NCBI GenBank assembly: GCA_016125285.1
Contig: WGMA01000016.1
Span: 1-64,000 of the forward strand
Length of the DNA stretch: 64,000 nt
Direction of reading: 5' to 3'
DNA from: Phycisphaera sp.
Lineage (GTDB): Bacteria > Planctomycetota > Phycisphaerae > Phycisphaerales > Zrk34
The translations under genes and the position numbers were made by a program. The notes under the pieces were generated by a model. That model saw only the letters and a list, made by a program, of their open reading frames with translations, made no database searches and had not been told where the DNA came from. Below, piece after piece: positions 48,167-58,438 of this stretch (its first letter is position 1; each line of letters starts with the position of its first letter).

Positions 48167-50572
48167 TCAGTTCGATTTCGCCTCGGCCTTCGGTCGGTCG
48201 GGTGCGGTGGTCGCGATGGTCACCGCGGCGTTGACGATCAGGTCGCGGATGTTGTAGCCGTGCGCCGCGAAGTCGCGACGCAGCTGCTCGGCCTTGTCCT
48301 GACCGTAGGCCATCATCGACTGCTTGGCCAGGTGATGGAACAGCTGCATGACGAACGCGTCGTGCGTCTCTTCGCTCTCGGCCAGGAAGCTGGCCAGGTC
48401 GTACGCGTCGTTGAAGTTGCGGACCTTGCCGGTCGGCAGCTCGTACGCGCCGCGCGCGTCGATCGGCTTGCCGAACTCCTTGTCGCGGAACCGGCCCACG
48501 GCGTCGAACTGCTCGAGCGTGAAGCCCAGCGCGTTGATCATCCCGTGGCACGCCTGGCACGCCTTCGGCTCGGTCTGCAGCGTCACGCGCTGACGCGTGG
48601 TCATGCCCGGGTGCAGGTCCGGCGCGAGCGGCGCGACGGCCTTCGGCGGCGGACGCAGCGCCCGGCCCAGCACGCTCCGCACGATGAACACGCCGCGGTG
48701 GATCGGCGACGTGGCGTCCGGGTACGCGAACCGCGCCAGCACGTACGGGTGCGTCAGCACGCCCACGCGCTTCGGCGTCGTCGCGGCGACCTTCTCGAAC
48801 GGCGCGTCCTTCGGCAGGTTCACGCCGTAGTACGCGCCGAGACGACCGTTGACGTACATCGCGTCGGACGTCAGCAGCTGGCGGAAGTCGCCGCTGCCGT
48901 TCCACACCACGTCGTCGAGGAACAGGTCCAGCGACGTCCGCAGGTCCGAGGTGACCGCGGCGTCGAAGCCCTTGAACTGTTCCTTGTCCTTGGCCATGTC
49001 CGGCACCTGCTCGATGTCGAGCCAGTAGTGCATGAACTGGCGGACCTTCGCGTGGCAGCGCGGGTCGTCGAGCATGCGCTGCGCCTGCCGGGCGACCTGG
49101 TCGGGCTTGGCGAGCTGGCCCTTCGCCGCCGCGTCGAGCAGCTGCCGATCGGGCAGCGAATCCCACAACGCGAACGACAGCCGCGACGCCTGCGCGTACG
49201 CGTCGTCCTCGTCGCCGCCGAGGTTGTGGTACAGGAACCGCGGTGACTCCATCGTCAGCATCACCACGCGTTTCAGGCCGAGCTTGATGTCGTCGGCGCC
49301 CTCGAACTGCTTGTCGACGTAGAGGCGACGCTCGAAGTCGGTCAGCGGGCGGCGGAAGGCGCGCTCGACGAACGTCGCGGCGAACGCGCGGACCTTCTCG
49401 TCGCGCTTGTCGTCCTTGATGCGCGTGTTCGACAGCTCGTACATGTGCCCCACGACGTAGTCGGCGACCTCGATCGCCGCGCCCGTCGTCGCGTCCGCCC
49501 ACGCCTTGGACACCGACGACCCGCGCTCGTAGCCGACGCTGCGATCGTCCGGCGGGAACGGCGTGTTCAGCACGCAGACCTCCGTCGCGCTCGTCGGCGA
49601 CAGCACCCGCGCGGGCACGACCTCCACCTCGCGGTGCGGCGGCCGCCACCACAGCTCCACGAAGCTGTGCTCGGGCAGCTTGCTCTTGTGCTCCTTCTCG
49701 TCGCCCACGCCCTGGCTGTGACACGAGAACTCCACCGCCAGCGGGTACACCTGCCCGGCGATCAGGAAGATCGTGCCGCGGTACTCGATCTGGTTGCCGG
49801 ACTTCACCCACGCGTCGATGAACGCGTCCTTGGTCTCGGAGAACTCGTTATCGTCGCGGTTGCCGCGGCCGTCCTGGTTCAGCCAGAGGCGCACGGCGTG
49901 ATCGCTCTTGAGGATGAACTCGTAGTTGCCGGTCTCCGGCGCGACCAGCGCGCCGCTCCAACGGGCGCTGAAGCCCTTGGGATCGAACCTGTCGTACAGC
50001 GGGTTGGACTTGTCGAAGTGCGCCAGCACGGACGGCTCGATGCGCTCTTCGAGGCGGTCACGCCCCATCGAGCGGCCCTTGAAGAACTCGGCGCGCAGGC
50101 CGTCACGCTTGTCGAGGCTGACGTTGCGGCGGAACGAGCCGATCAGGTCGGCCACGACGTTGCGGTGCTGCGTGACGGTCAGCCGCGACAGCTCGATCCG
50201 CGGCGGGCGGTGACGGGCCTGGGCGATCGGCGAGTAGAACGCGTCGTAGATGTAACGCGACACCGCCTCGGCGTCCTTGCCGACGCACTGCTCGGGCTTG
50301 TCGTCCGGCATCGATTTGGTGACGTAGTTGGTCAGCTGGGGGACGGTCTTGTCGCCGACGAGCGGCTTGGAGTACTCGCCCTTCACGCCGCCGCCGGTCT
50401 TGCCGTGGCACGACGCGCACCGCTTCATGTAGATGCTTTCGCCGGGCTCCTCGGCGCGGCCGGTGGCCGTCGCCAGCAGCGCCAACACGACCACGCCCGC
50501 GACGAAGACCGCGGTGTGCCCTGGATGACGCGTGCCCAACCCAAAGTGAAACTTCCGCTTCGGGGTCATCAT
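48167..50572 (-). CDS. Planctomycete cytochrome-c-domain protein of the PSCyt3/DUF1585-1587-1588-1592-1595-like family
   Basis: It starts 'MMTPKRKF...' with a signal/TM helix, then 'YMKRCASCHGKTGG' (CxxCH) near the N-terminus, and is about 800 aa. It is paired with the DUF1552-like gene. Confidence 0.6.
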   Translation of the reverse strand: MMTPKRKFHFGLGTRHPGHTAVFVAGVVVLALLATATGRAEEPGESIYMKRCASCHGKTGGGVKGEYSKPLVGDKTVPQLTNYVTKSMPDDKPEQCVGKDAEAVSRYIYDAFYSPIAQARHRPPRIELSRLTVTQHRNVVADLIGSFRRNVSLDKRDGLRAEFFKGRSMGRDRLEERIEPSVLAHFDKSNPLYDRFDPKGFSARWSGALVAPETGNYEFILKSDHAVRLWLNQDGRGNRDDNEFSETKDAFIDAWVKSGNQIEYRGTIFLIAGQVYPLAVEFSCHSQGVGDEKEHKSKLPEHSFVELWWRPPHREVEVVPARVLSPTSATEVCVLNTPFPPDDRSVGYERGSSVSKAWADATTGAAIEVADYVVGHMYELSNTRIKDDKRDEKVRAFAATFVERAFRRPLTDFERRLYVDKQFEGADDIKLGLKRVVMLTMESPRFLYHNLGGDEDDAYAQASRLSFALWDSLPDRQLLDAAAKGQLAKPDQVARQAQRMLDDPRCHAKVRQFMHYWLDIEQVPDMAKDKEQFKGFDAAVTSDLRTSLDLFLDDVVWNGSGDFRQLLTSDAMYVNGRLGAYYGVNLPKDAPFEKVAATTPKRVGVLTHPYVLARFAYPDATSPIHRGVFIVRSVLGRALRPPPKAVAPLAPDLHPGMTTRQRVTLQTEPKACQACHGMINALGFTLEQFDAVGRFRDKEFGKPIDARGAYELPTGKVRNFNDAYDLASFLAESEETHDAFVMQLFHHLAKQSMMAYGQDKAEQLRRDFAAHGYNIRDLIVNAAVTIATTAPDRPKAEAKSN

Positions 50573-50874
50573 GGCGGAATTCAATGCCGCGAGAACGCGA
50601 AAGTGAAGCGCCGGCAGAATTTTGTAGAGCGATTGAGACAAATGCGTGTGCCCGTGGAGGTTCGTGTCGAGCGACGCGGCGCGTCGCTCTATCGATCTAT
50701 TGGCCCGAACGCGCGGATTGTTACGCGCCTGGCGGCGGTCGGGGACTGATTGATTCGTGCAGTGCTTTGATTCGATCGGAGCTTGGTTCGGCGAGGTTCT
50801 TGCCCCTACAATGCGGCCACGATCGCTCACGTGGGCACGTGGGTGGGCACACATACACGTCCAATTCAGATGGG

Positions 50875-53787
50875 ATGGGCTTCATGGTACGGAACGTTAC
50901 AGTTGCTCTGTTGACGGTCCTGCTGGCGGTCGCCGCGCCGATGTACGCGGCGGCGCCGGTGCAGGAGATTTCCAAGTCGATCGACGCCGAGGCGGGGCTG
51001 GTGGTGGTGATCGGCGGCGGCGCCGACACCGCGGACATCGCCGCGGGCCTGGGCAACGGCGACCGGCTCGTGCACGTGATCGCCTCGGACTACGCCGAGC
51101 TCAAGCGTGTCAACGACGCGGTCGCCAAGGCGAACCTCAAGGGCTGCGTCACCGTCGAGGTGCTGGGCCTGGCGACGCTGCCGTACCGCGATCACCTGGT
51201 CAACGCGATGGTGATCACCGACGCGGACAAGGCGGCGAAGGCCGGGCTGAAGATGGAAGAGGCCACGCGGAGCGTCATCCCCGAGGGCGTGATCGTGCAG
51301 TGCCGCGGCGGCAAGGTTCAGGTCACGCGGACGCCGGTGCGTAACGACATGGACGTGTGGACCCACCGCTACCACGCGGCGGACGGCGTGCCGGTGTCCA
51401 ACGACAAGGTGTTCGCGATGCCGATCGGCTTCAAGTGGAACGCCGACCTGCCGATGAACTTCGACAACCCCGAGCGGGCGGCCAACCGCTACTCGTCCAC
51501 GCGGGCGCTGATCGTCGACGACGGCCGCATCTTCACGTTCAGCGAGTGTGTCGTGGAGAACCTCGGCGAGGGCGTCAGCTCGAAGTTCGGCACGGATCAG
51601 TACCTCACGTGCCGCGACGCGTTCAACGGCCGGCTGCTGTGGCGCAAGAACGTCGGCGACACCTACTACGGCGGGCTGTACATCGAGAACACCGCGCCGC
51701 TGATCAGCACGGGGCGTCGGCTCTACACGGCCGGGGCGAACGGCAAGATGGAGGTGCTCGATACGCGCAGCGGCGAGACCGTGCGTGAGCTGCCCACGAA
51801 GTTCATCCCCGGCGTGATCGCCGCGTCGCAGGGCGTGGTGGTGACCACGACGTGGTCCGGCGGCAAGCAGATGGGCTCGGTCAAGCATTACGACCGCCGG
51901 CGCATGGACTGGGAGATCAGCGCGGGCACGGTGGAGGCCTACGACGACGCGACGGGCAAGCTGCTGTGGAAGAACGACACGCTGGGCACGTCGCTGCTGA
52001 TCGCCGACGGAACGGTGTTCATCGTCAACCGCAACGAGCGGGACGCGCTGGAGGCCGAGCACAACAAGCGTCGCGAGGGCGTCGACCTCAAGCACCCGCC
52101 GCAGAAGGTCATCGCGTACGACCTGAAGACCGGCAAGCAGGTCTGGTCGGTAGACGACACGAGCTTCAATGTCAGTGACCAGCCGCTGAGCCTGGAGTCG
52201 GCGGGTCGCGGCGCGGTGGCGGTGGGGCTGGACGGTCGGTCGAAGGTCGCGATCCTCGCGGCCGACAGCGGCAAGCTGCTCGAGGCCGACGCGCTGAAGG
52301 AGGCGAACGACTACTTCTTCCGCTTCCGCAACCACATCTGCACGCCGGTGCTGCGTGTGGGCGACGTGGTGTTCAACAACCGCGGCGGCAACATCAAGGA
52401 CGGCAAGTCGAACACAAACTTCGGCGGCGCCCGCGCCGCGTGTCTGACCGGCACCGTGCCCGCCTACGGCGCCGGGTACATCGCGCAGAATTGGTGCCGC
52501 TGCTCGCCGGGCCAGATCCCCGGCCTGCTCGGCGTGGCGCCGATCGGCAAGGTCCCCACGCCCGAGGAGATGGAGGTCCCCACGCAGCCGATCAAGCTCG
52601 GCGACTACAGCGAGGGCGAGGACGGCGTGGCGCACCCGTCGAACTGGACGTCGTTCCGCGGCAACGCCGAGCGTAGCAGCAGCGTCGCGATGGACGTGCC
52701 CGACGACGTGAAGGAGAGCTGGTCGGTCAAGCTCGCCGGCGACGAGCTGGCCGGCACGATCCAGCGTGACTGGCAGTCGTACCTCAACAGCCGCCTGACC
52801 GCGCCGGTGCTCGCGGACAACCTCGCGATCGTCGGCGATATCGATCACAACGAGATCATCGCGTTCGACACCGCCAAGGGCGCCGTCAAGTGGCGGCACA
52901 TGCTCAGCGGCCGCGTCGACACGCCGCCGACCGTCTACAAGGGCATCGTGCTCATCGGCGATCACACCGGCTACGTCACGGCGCTGAAGGTGAAGAACGG
53001 TCAGCCGATCTACAAGCTGCGGATCGCGCCCGACGAGAAGCGGATGATGTCGTACGGCAAGGTCGAGTCGGTCTGGCCGGTGATCGGCGGCGTGCTGGTC
53101 GCCGAGGGCAAGGCGTTCGCCTCGGCGGGGCGCACGCAGGGCTCCGACGGCGGCCTGGTCGTCCGCGCCTTCGAGCCGGAGACCGGCAACCCGATCTGGG
53201 CGCAGGCCATCCCGCAGTCCAGCCCCGAGCTGACCGAGAAGAAGCCCAAGCGCAACGACGCGCTGGCGCGGCACGGCGAGTTCGTCACCGTCATGGGCCA
53301 CTGGCTCCGCCTCGACAACGGCGCGTTCGCACCGAAGCCCGAAGGCGACACGCTCGACATCGGGCTCGAAGGCCTCTACAGCTGGAACTGGACACGCCTG
53401 GGCGACCGCAAGTTCATGGCGATCGGCTACGGCTCGATCAAGGGCGACACCATCGCGTGGAACGACAGCTACGCCGTGACCACCCGTCACGACAGCAGCG
53501 GCCTGATCGCCTCGCGCGTCGACCCGAAGAAGGTCCGCGGCTTCCCCGGCCTGCCCAACATCTATCAGCCCACGTGCATGGTCGTGTGCAACAACGCCCT
53601 GATCCAGGGCGGCGCCATCCTCGACCAGCCCGCTGACAAGGGCTTCATCCGGGCCGTCAGCCTCACCGACGGCAAGGTCCTGTGGGAAAAGAAGTACACC
53701 AAGAAGCTCGCGTTCAACGGCCTGGCGGTCGATAACGGCGGGATCCTCGCCAGCTTCGACGACGGGTCGGTCGTCTGCCTCAAGTAA
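50875..53787 (+). CDS. Giant secreted PQQ-like beta-propeller protein with N-terminal methyltransferase-like domain (paralog of 26896..30987)
   Basis: 'GLVVVIGGGADTADIAAGLGNGDRLVHVIASD' parallels 'GGLIVHVGCGDGKLTAALAGERFNALGLDAD' in the other giant protein. 'WTHRYHAADG' parallels 'WTHYLHDPTN'. Many 'D..TGK..W' blades are present. Confidence 0.8.
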   Translation: MGFMVRNVTVALLTVLLAVAAPMYAAAPVQEISKSIDAEAGLVVVIGGGADTADIAAGLGNGDRLVHVIASDYAELKRVNDAVAKANLKGCVTVEVLGLATLPYRDHLVNAMVITDADKAAKAGLKMEEATRSVIPEGVIVQCRGGKVQVTRTPVRNDMDVWTHRYHAADGVPVSNDKVFAMPIGFKWNADLPMNFDNPERAANRYSSTRALIVDDGRIFTFSECVVENLGEGVSSKFGTDQYLTCRDAFNGRLLWRKNVGDTYYGGLYIENTAPLISTGRRLYTAGANGKMEVLDTRSGETVRELPTKFIPGVIAASQGVVVTTTWSGGKQMGSVKHYDRRRMDWEISAGTVEAYDDATGKLLWKNDTLGTSLLIADGTVFIVNRNERDALEAEHNKRREGVDLKHPPQKVIAYDLKTGKQVWSVDDTSFNVSDQPLSLESAGRGAVAVGLDGRSKVAILAADSGKLLEADALKEANDYFFRFRNHICTPVLRVGDVVFNNRGGNIKDGKSNTNFGGARAACLTGTVPAYGAGYIAQNWCRCSPGQIPGLLGVAPIGKVPTPEEMEVPTQPIKLGDYSEGEDGVAHPSNWTSFRGNAERSSSVAMDVPDDVKESWSVKLAGDELAGTIQRDWQSYLNSRLTAPVLADNLAIVGDIDHNEIIAFDTAKGAVKWRHMLSGRVDTPPTVYKGIVLIGDHTGYVTALKVKNGQPIYKLRIAPDEKRMMSYGKVESVWPVIGGVLVAEGKAFASAGRTQGSDGGLVVRAFEPETGNPIWAQAIPQSSPELTEKKPKRNDALARHGEFVTVMGHWLRLDNGAFAPKPEGDTLDIGLEGLYSWNWTRLGDRKFMAIGYGSIKGDTIAWNDSYAVTTRHDSSGLIASRVDPKKVRGFPGLPNIYQPTCMVVCNNALIQGGAILDQPADKGFIRAVSLTDGKVLWEKKYTKKLAFNGLAVDNGGILASFDDGSVVCLK

Positions 53788-54066
53788 GGCCGACACGCGA
53801 CAGCACGACACGCATCGACCAACGCCCCGTGCCCCGCGCGGGGCGTTGTCTTGCGCCGCGGCGATCCGCCAGTGTGGGCCGGTTGGCGCGGTTCGAGCCA
53901 AAATGCCACGCCGGCGCGGACCGCGCGGCGGTGGTCGGGATACAATGCCCCCGCACCGGGACCGGGCGACGGCCCACCCCGCTGACCGTCCGACGGCGTT
54001 GTCGGGCGGGAGGTCACACGCGTGACCTCGACTACTCAATCGCGATGGGCACGCGAAAGGATCGAT

Positions 54067-55119
54067 ATGCGTTCTTATCTGGCAGCGGCCATGGTTCTGG
54101 CGTTCGTGCTCCCATCGGTTTTGCGGGCGGAGGCCGGCGTGACTTACGAAGGCGACAGCGGCCCCGGCAAGGGCAAGCACATCGTGTTCATCGCCTCGGA
54201 CCACGAGTACCGCGGCGAAGAAACCTGCCCCGCGATCGCACGCATCCTCGCCAAGCGCTACGGGTTCAAGTGCACCGTGCTGTTCGGGCTCGACGGCGAG
54301 GGCAACGTCAAGGCCGGCTCGTCGAACATCCCCGGCATGGAGGCGCTCGACGACGCGGACATGCTGTTCCTGTTCATCCGCTTCCTGGCGCCCGACGACG
54401 AGTCGATGAAGCACTTCGTGGCGTACCTCGAGCGCGGCGGTCCGGTCCTCGGGCTGCGGACGTCGACCCACGGGTTCAACGGCCTGAAGGGCGACTACGC
54501 GAAGTACAACTACAACAACGGGGACCCCAACTTCGAGGGCGGCTTCGGCCGTCAGGTCCTCGGCGAGACGTGGAACCCCAAGAAGGGCGCCGGTCACTAC
54601 GGCAGCAACCACAAGTACAGCACGCGCCTGCACACCGTGCCGGAGCAGGCGAGCCACCCGGTGATGACCGGCTGCAAGGACATGCACGTCATGGCGGGCG
54701 CCTACTCGGCCGTGCCCCAGCCCAACTCCGTCATCCTCGCGACCAATCAGGTGCTGGATAGCATGTCGCCCGACGCCAAGCCGCTCGAAGGCAAGACGCC
54801 TCAGCCGGCCGTGTGGGTGCGGACGTACCAGCTGCCGGGCGGCAAGGAGGGCCGGGCGTTCTGCTCCACGCAGGGCGCGTCGCAGGACATCCTCAGCGAC
54901 GACTTCCGCCGCTGCATCATCAACGGCGTGTTCTGGTGCATGGGGATGGAGGACGCGATCAAGGCGGACATGGACGTGTCGTTTGTCGGGCCGTACAACC
55001 CCGCAACGTTCGCGTTCGGCGGCGAGCGCAAGGGCGTGAAGCCGGCCGACATCGCGGGCTGGGACACGCCGATCTGGAACCCGGACGCACCGACCGACGC
55101 CCCGAAGAAAAAGAAGTGA
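54067..55119 (+). CDS. ThuA-like (trehalose-utilisation) class I glutamine-amidotransferase-like domain protein
   Basis: It has a signal peptide and the ThuA-like pattern 'HIVFIASDHEYRGEE...ADMLFLFIRF...RTSTHGF'. The start chosen is MRSYLAA at 54067. Confidence 0.65.
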   Translation: MRSYLAAAMVLAFVLPSVLRAEAGVTYEGDSGPGKGKHIVFIASDHEYRGEETCPAIARILAKRYGFKCTVLFGLDGEGNVKAGSSNIPGMEALDDADMLFLFIRFLAPDDESMKHFVAYLERGGPVLGLRTSTHGFNGLKGDYAKYNYNNGDPNFEGGFGRQVLGETWNPKKGAGHYGSNHKYSTRLHTVPEQASHPVMTGCKDMHVMAGAYSAVPQPNSVILATNQVLDSMSPDAKPLEGKTPQPAVWVRTYQLPGGKEGRAFCSTQGASQDILSDDFRRCIINGVFWCMGMEDAIKADMDVSFVGPYNPATFAFGGERKGVKPADIAGWDTPIWNPDAPTDAPKKKK

Positions 55120-55129
55120 GACGCCATCC

Positions 55130-56794
55130 ATGATGACGATTCGACAATCCGCGTTCTGCGCCGGAGTGATGTTCGTTGCGATGCTGGCGCTGTTCGTCGC
55201 CGTTTGCCATCCCCAACCGGCGCACGCGGCGGCGGCGGCGCCCGGCAAGCGCCCGAACGTCGTGTTCATCCTCGCCGATGACATGGGCTACTCGGACCTG
55301 GGCTGCTACGGCGGCGAGATCGAGACGCCGAACCTCGACGCGCTGGCGGCGGACGGGCTGCGCTTCACGCAGTTCTACAACACCGCACGCTGCTGGCCTT
55401 CGCGTGCGGCGCTGATGACCGGGTATTACGCGCAGCAGGTGCACCGCGACGGGCTGCCGGGCTTGGGCGGCGGCGGTGGGGGCAGGCGTCAGGAGTGGGC
55501 GCGGCTGCTGCCGGACTTCCTTGCGCCGCTCGGCTACCGCAGCTATCACAGCGGCAAGTGGCACATCGACGGCAAGGTGCTCGACGCGGGGTTCGACCAC
55601 TCGCTCGACGTGCGCAATCACGGCGACAACTTCACGTGCAAGGGCAACCTGGTCGACGACAAGCCCGTCACGCCGCCGGCCGACGAGTCGGGCTATTACT
55701 CGACGACGGCGATCGTCCAGCACGCGATCGACTGCCTGAAGGATCACGCCGCGCACTACGCCGGCCGGCCGTTCTTCAGCTACGTCGCGTTCGTCGCGCC
55801 GCACTTCCCGCTGCAGGCCCCGCAGGACGACATCGCCCGCTACGCCGGCAAGTACGACGCGGGCTGGGACGTGATGCGCGAGCGGCGTTTCGCGCGGCAG
55901 AAGGAGCTCGGCGTCGTCAACACCACGCTGTCGAAGCTCGAGCCGGACGTCGGCCCGCCGTACTACTTCGCCGACGCGTTCGAGAAGCTCGGCCCCGGCG
56001 AGGTCCGGTACCCGGTGCCTTGGGACCAGCTGACCGACGAGCAGAAGAAGTTCCAGTCGACGAAGATGTCGATCCACGCGGCGATGGTGTACCGCATCGA
56101 TCAGGAGGTCGGGCGGCTCGTCGCGCAGCTCAAGGCGATGGGGCAGTTCGACAACACGCTGATCTTCTTCGCGTCGGACAACGGCGCCAGCGCGGAGATC
56201 ATGGTGCGGGCGGGCGGCCACGATCCAAGCGCCCCGCCGGGCAGCGCCAAGACGTTCCTGTGCCTGGGGCCGGGCTTTTCGAGCGCGTGCAACACGCCGC
56301 ACCGGCGGCACAAGACCTGGGTGCACGAAGGCGGGATCAGCACGCCGCTGATCGTGCACTGGCCGGCGGGCATCAAGGCGCACGGCGAGCTGCGGCACAC
56401 GCCGGGCCACTTCGTCGACATCATGCCGACCGTGCTCGAGGTCGCCGGCGGTGAGAAGCCGAAGCGGTGGAAGGGCGAGGCGCTGCCGCCGGCGCCCGGT
56501 CACAGCCTGGTCGCGGCGTTCGCCGATGACGTGACGATCGCGCGCGACCACCTGTGGTGGCTGCACGAGGGCAACCGCGCGATCCGCGTGGGTGACTGGA
56601 AGCTCGTGGCGGCGAAGGGCGATCCGTGGGAGCTGTACGACATGACGTGCGATCGCGCCGAGTCACACAACCTCGCGGCCCAGAAGCCCGAACTCGTCGA
56701 GCGGCTCGCAGCCGAGTGGGACGCGCAGACCAAACAGATCAGCGAGTTGGCGAAGCAGACCGCGGACCTCGGCGGCAGGGCGAAAAAGAAATAA
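55130..56794 (+). CDS. Sulfatase (formylglycine-dependent arylsulfatase)
   Basis: 'NVVFILADDMGYSDLGCYGG' and the FGly motif 'CWPSRAALMTG' are present, with a signal peptide. Confidence 0.9.
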   Translation: MMTIRQSAFCAGVMFVAMLALFVAVCHPQPAHAAAAAPGKRPNVVFILADDMGYSDLGCYGGEIETPNLDALAADGLRFTQFYNTARCWPSRAALMTGYYAQQVHRDGLPGLGGGGGGRRQEWARLLPDFLAPLGYRSYHSGKWHIDGKVLDAGFDHSLDVRNHGDNFTCKGNLVDDKPVTPPADESGYYSTTAIVQHAIDCLKDHAAHYAGRPFFSYVAFVAPHFPLQAPQDDIARYAGKYDAGWDVMRERRFARQKELGVVNTTLSKLEPDVGPPYYFADAFEKLGPGEVRYPVPWDQLTDEQKKFQSTKMSIHAAMVYRIDQEVGRLVAQLKAMGQFDNTLIFFASDNGASAEIMVRAGGHDPSAPPGSAKTFLCLGPGFSSACNTPHRRHKTWVHEGGISTPLIVHWPAGIKAHGELRHTPGHFVDIMPTVLEVAGGEKPKRWKGEALPPAPGHSLVAAFADDVTIARDHLWWLHEGNRAIRVGDWKLVAAKGDPWELYDMTCDRAESHNLAAQKPELVERLAAEWDAQTKQISELAKQTADLGGRAKKK

Positions 56795-56955
56795 TCGACG
56801 CCGCGATGCGGCGCACCGGCTAGAATCACAGCGTACTTCCCGATGGCGTGCCAGACGGTATCCCCAACATGTCCGTCACCCGCACGCCGGCGGTACTCGG
56901 CAAGAACAGGACCGTGAGAGTCGTTTCGAGCCCCTTCTTCGCAAGGAGTATGGTT

Positions 56956-57561
56956 ATGCGTGTCATCATCGGAACGGCGATCGGCGTCACACTGGGCATT
57001 GTCCTCGTCGCAGCAATCTTCAGGCCGTGGCGGGACCGGGCGGTCGAAGGGCCGGTCACGTCAACGGTCTCACCGCCGGTGGACGTGGTCAGCGCCACGC
57101 CGCCAACGGAACCGACGCCCGCCGCGCCGGCTGCCAAACCGACGGCCGCTCAGCCGTCTACCGAACCGACGCCCGTCACGGCCGTCCCGCGTGTCCCTGC
57201 GACGCCGCGGGCCTCGATCATCCACGGCTATCCGCCAAACTCGGACCAAGACCCGCTGGTCAGGGCGCTGGCGGACCTGGAGCGTCAGCTCAAGGACGCG
57301 GCAAGCGCGGGCGATCCCGATCCCGAGACGCTGCGAACGACGGTCGCGAGGCTGCTCCAGTTGAGTGACTACGCGCAGCGGCTGTACGACGTCCACAGTG
57401 GGTTTCCGCCGCACATGGCGCGGGTAGCATCCGACGCCAGGCTCCTCGCTGACGAGTACATGCCGGGCGTCAGCAAGCAGCCGCGCAAGCCTTTGAGTGA
57501 GATGCCGGACTGGTTGCGGGCATATGGCGTAAGCGTCAAGCCGGCTGTTCCGACGTCTTAG
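56956..57561 (+). CDS. Hypothetical membrane-anchored Pro/Thr-rich protein
   Basis: AAGGAG lies upstream. It has the N-terminal TM 'VIIGTAIGVTLGIVLVAAIF' and a P/T/A-rich linker. Confidence 0.5.
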   Translation: MRVIIGTAIGVTLGIVLVAAIFRPWRDRAVEGPVTSTVSPPVDVVSATPPTEPTPAAPAAKPTAAQPSTEPTPVTAVPRVPATPRASIIHGYPPNSDQDPLVRALADLERQLKDAASAGDPDPETLRTTVARLLQLSDYAQRLYDVHSGFPPHMARVASDARLLADEYMPGVSKQPRKPLSEMPDWLRAYGVSVKPAVPTS

Positions 57562-57621
57562 GCGCGATGTTTCGCGCGGTGCGGGCATGAAAAAAGGCGA
57601 CTCCCGGAGGAGCCGCCAATG

Positions 57622-57694
57622 TGGGCAAGGGCGGACTTGAACCGCCGACACCGGCATTTTCAGTGCCGTGCTCTACCAGCTGAGCTACTTGCCC
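57622..57694 (-). tRNA. tRNA-Phe (GAA), CCA not encoded
   Basis: The reverse complement reads GGGCAAG-TA-GCTC-AGCTGGTA-GAGC-A-CGGCA-CTGAAAA-TGCCG-GTGTC-GGCGG-TTCAAGT-CCGCC-CTTGCCC-A. This gives a cloverleaf with anticodon GAA, a TTCAAGT T-loop and an A73 discriminator. Confidence 0.9.
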
Positions 57695-57734
57695 GGTAGA
57701 GGACGGAACATCATTAGACCGTGCGGTGGCTTTG

Positions 57735-58259
57735 TCAAGTTCCGGCGTCCGCGTCGACGTTGGCGGGTCGCGTGTCGGGCTCGGGTGCGGTGTGTTGGCC
57801 GGTCGCCGGCACGCCGGAGGGCGCGTGGGTCGGTGGGGCGGCGAGGAGGCGTGCACGCTGCAGCGTCAGGTCGGTCATCGTGCGCTCGTGGATCTGGCGG
57901 ACCTGCGCGAGCGTGCGTTCGGTGAGCAGCCTGAGGCGGGGGTTGTCCGCGGCCCGCCGGTCGTGCAGCATCGTTTCGAGGCTGTCGCTGAGCGTGACGA
58001 ACGCGGCGCGCTCGTCGGCGATGCGGCGGTCGATCGTCGCGAGGCGCACCGTCGCGTTGCGGGCCGCGACCTGCACCGACGTGGACACGTGGCCGACGGT
58101 CACGGCCATGAGTCGATCCAGCGGCAGGTCGAACAGGTCGGCGTACGCGAAGTTCTTGGGCGATGCCTTGGGTTCATCGGCGCGCGGCGCGGTGCCGGCC
58201 AGCGTTGCGGCGCAGCCGCAGACGATCACGATCAACCCGGTTCGATAACGTTTCGACAT
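57735..58259 (-). CDS. Hypothetical lipoprotein/secreted protein
   Basis: It has the lipobox-like 'LIVIVCGCAA' and is otherwise unrecognised. Confidence 0.45.
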   Translation of the reverse strand: MSKRYRTGLIVIVCGCAATLAGTAPRADEPKASPKNFAYADLFDLPLDRLMAVTVGHVSTSVQVAARNATVRLATIDRRIADERAAFVTLSDSLETMLHDRRAADNPRLRLLTERTLAQVRQIHERTMTDLTLQRARLLAAPPTHAPSGVPATGQHTAPEPDTRPANVDADAGT

Positions 58260-58438
58260 TCCTAAGCCACCCCATTTGATTTCCCCGTGACGAGAAAGTT
58301 AGCGGAGGTCGGCGTGTCGTTCAAATCGGGCGATGGGGTATCCGCCCGTGTCGCTAACGCGGGGCGACACAAAACCCGACGCCGGCACACGCGAGATGCG
58401 CCGGCGTCGGGTGGAACGTTGTGGGGCGGGCGAGCGGT

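Noticed and set aside
46889-49246. 785-aa + strand ORF over the DUF1552-like/PSCyt genes
   Set aside because: It is a low-complexity antisense translation. The minus-strand frames carry Tat and CxxCH features.
50866-55284. 1472-aa minus-strand ORF across the PQQ/ThuA/sulfatase genes
   Set aside because: It is an antisense artefact of high GC. The plus-strand genes have clear family motifs: PQQ blades, the ThuA pattern and the sulfatase CxPSR.
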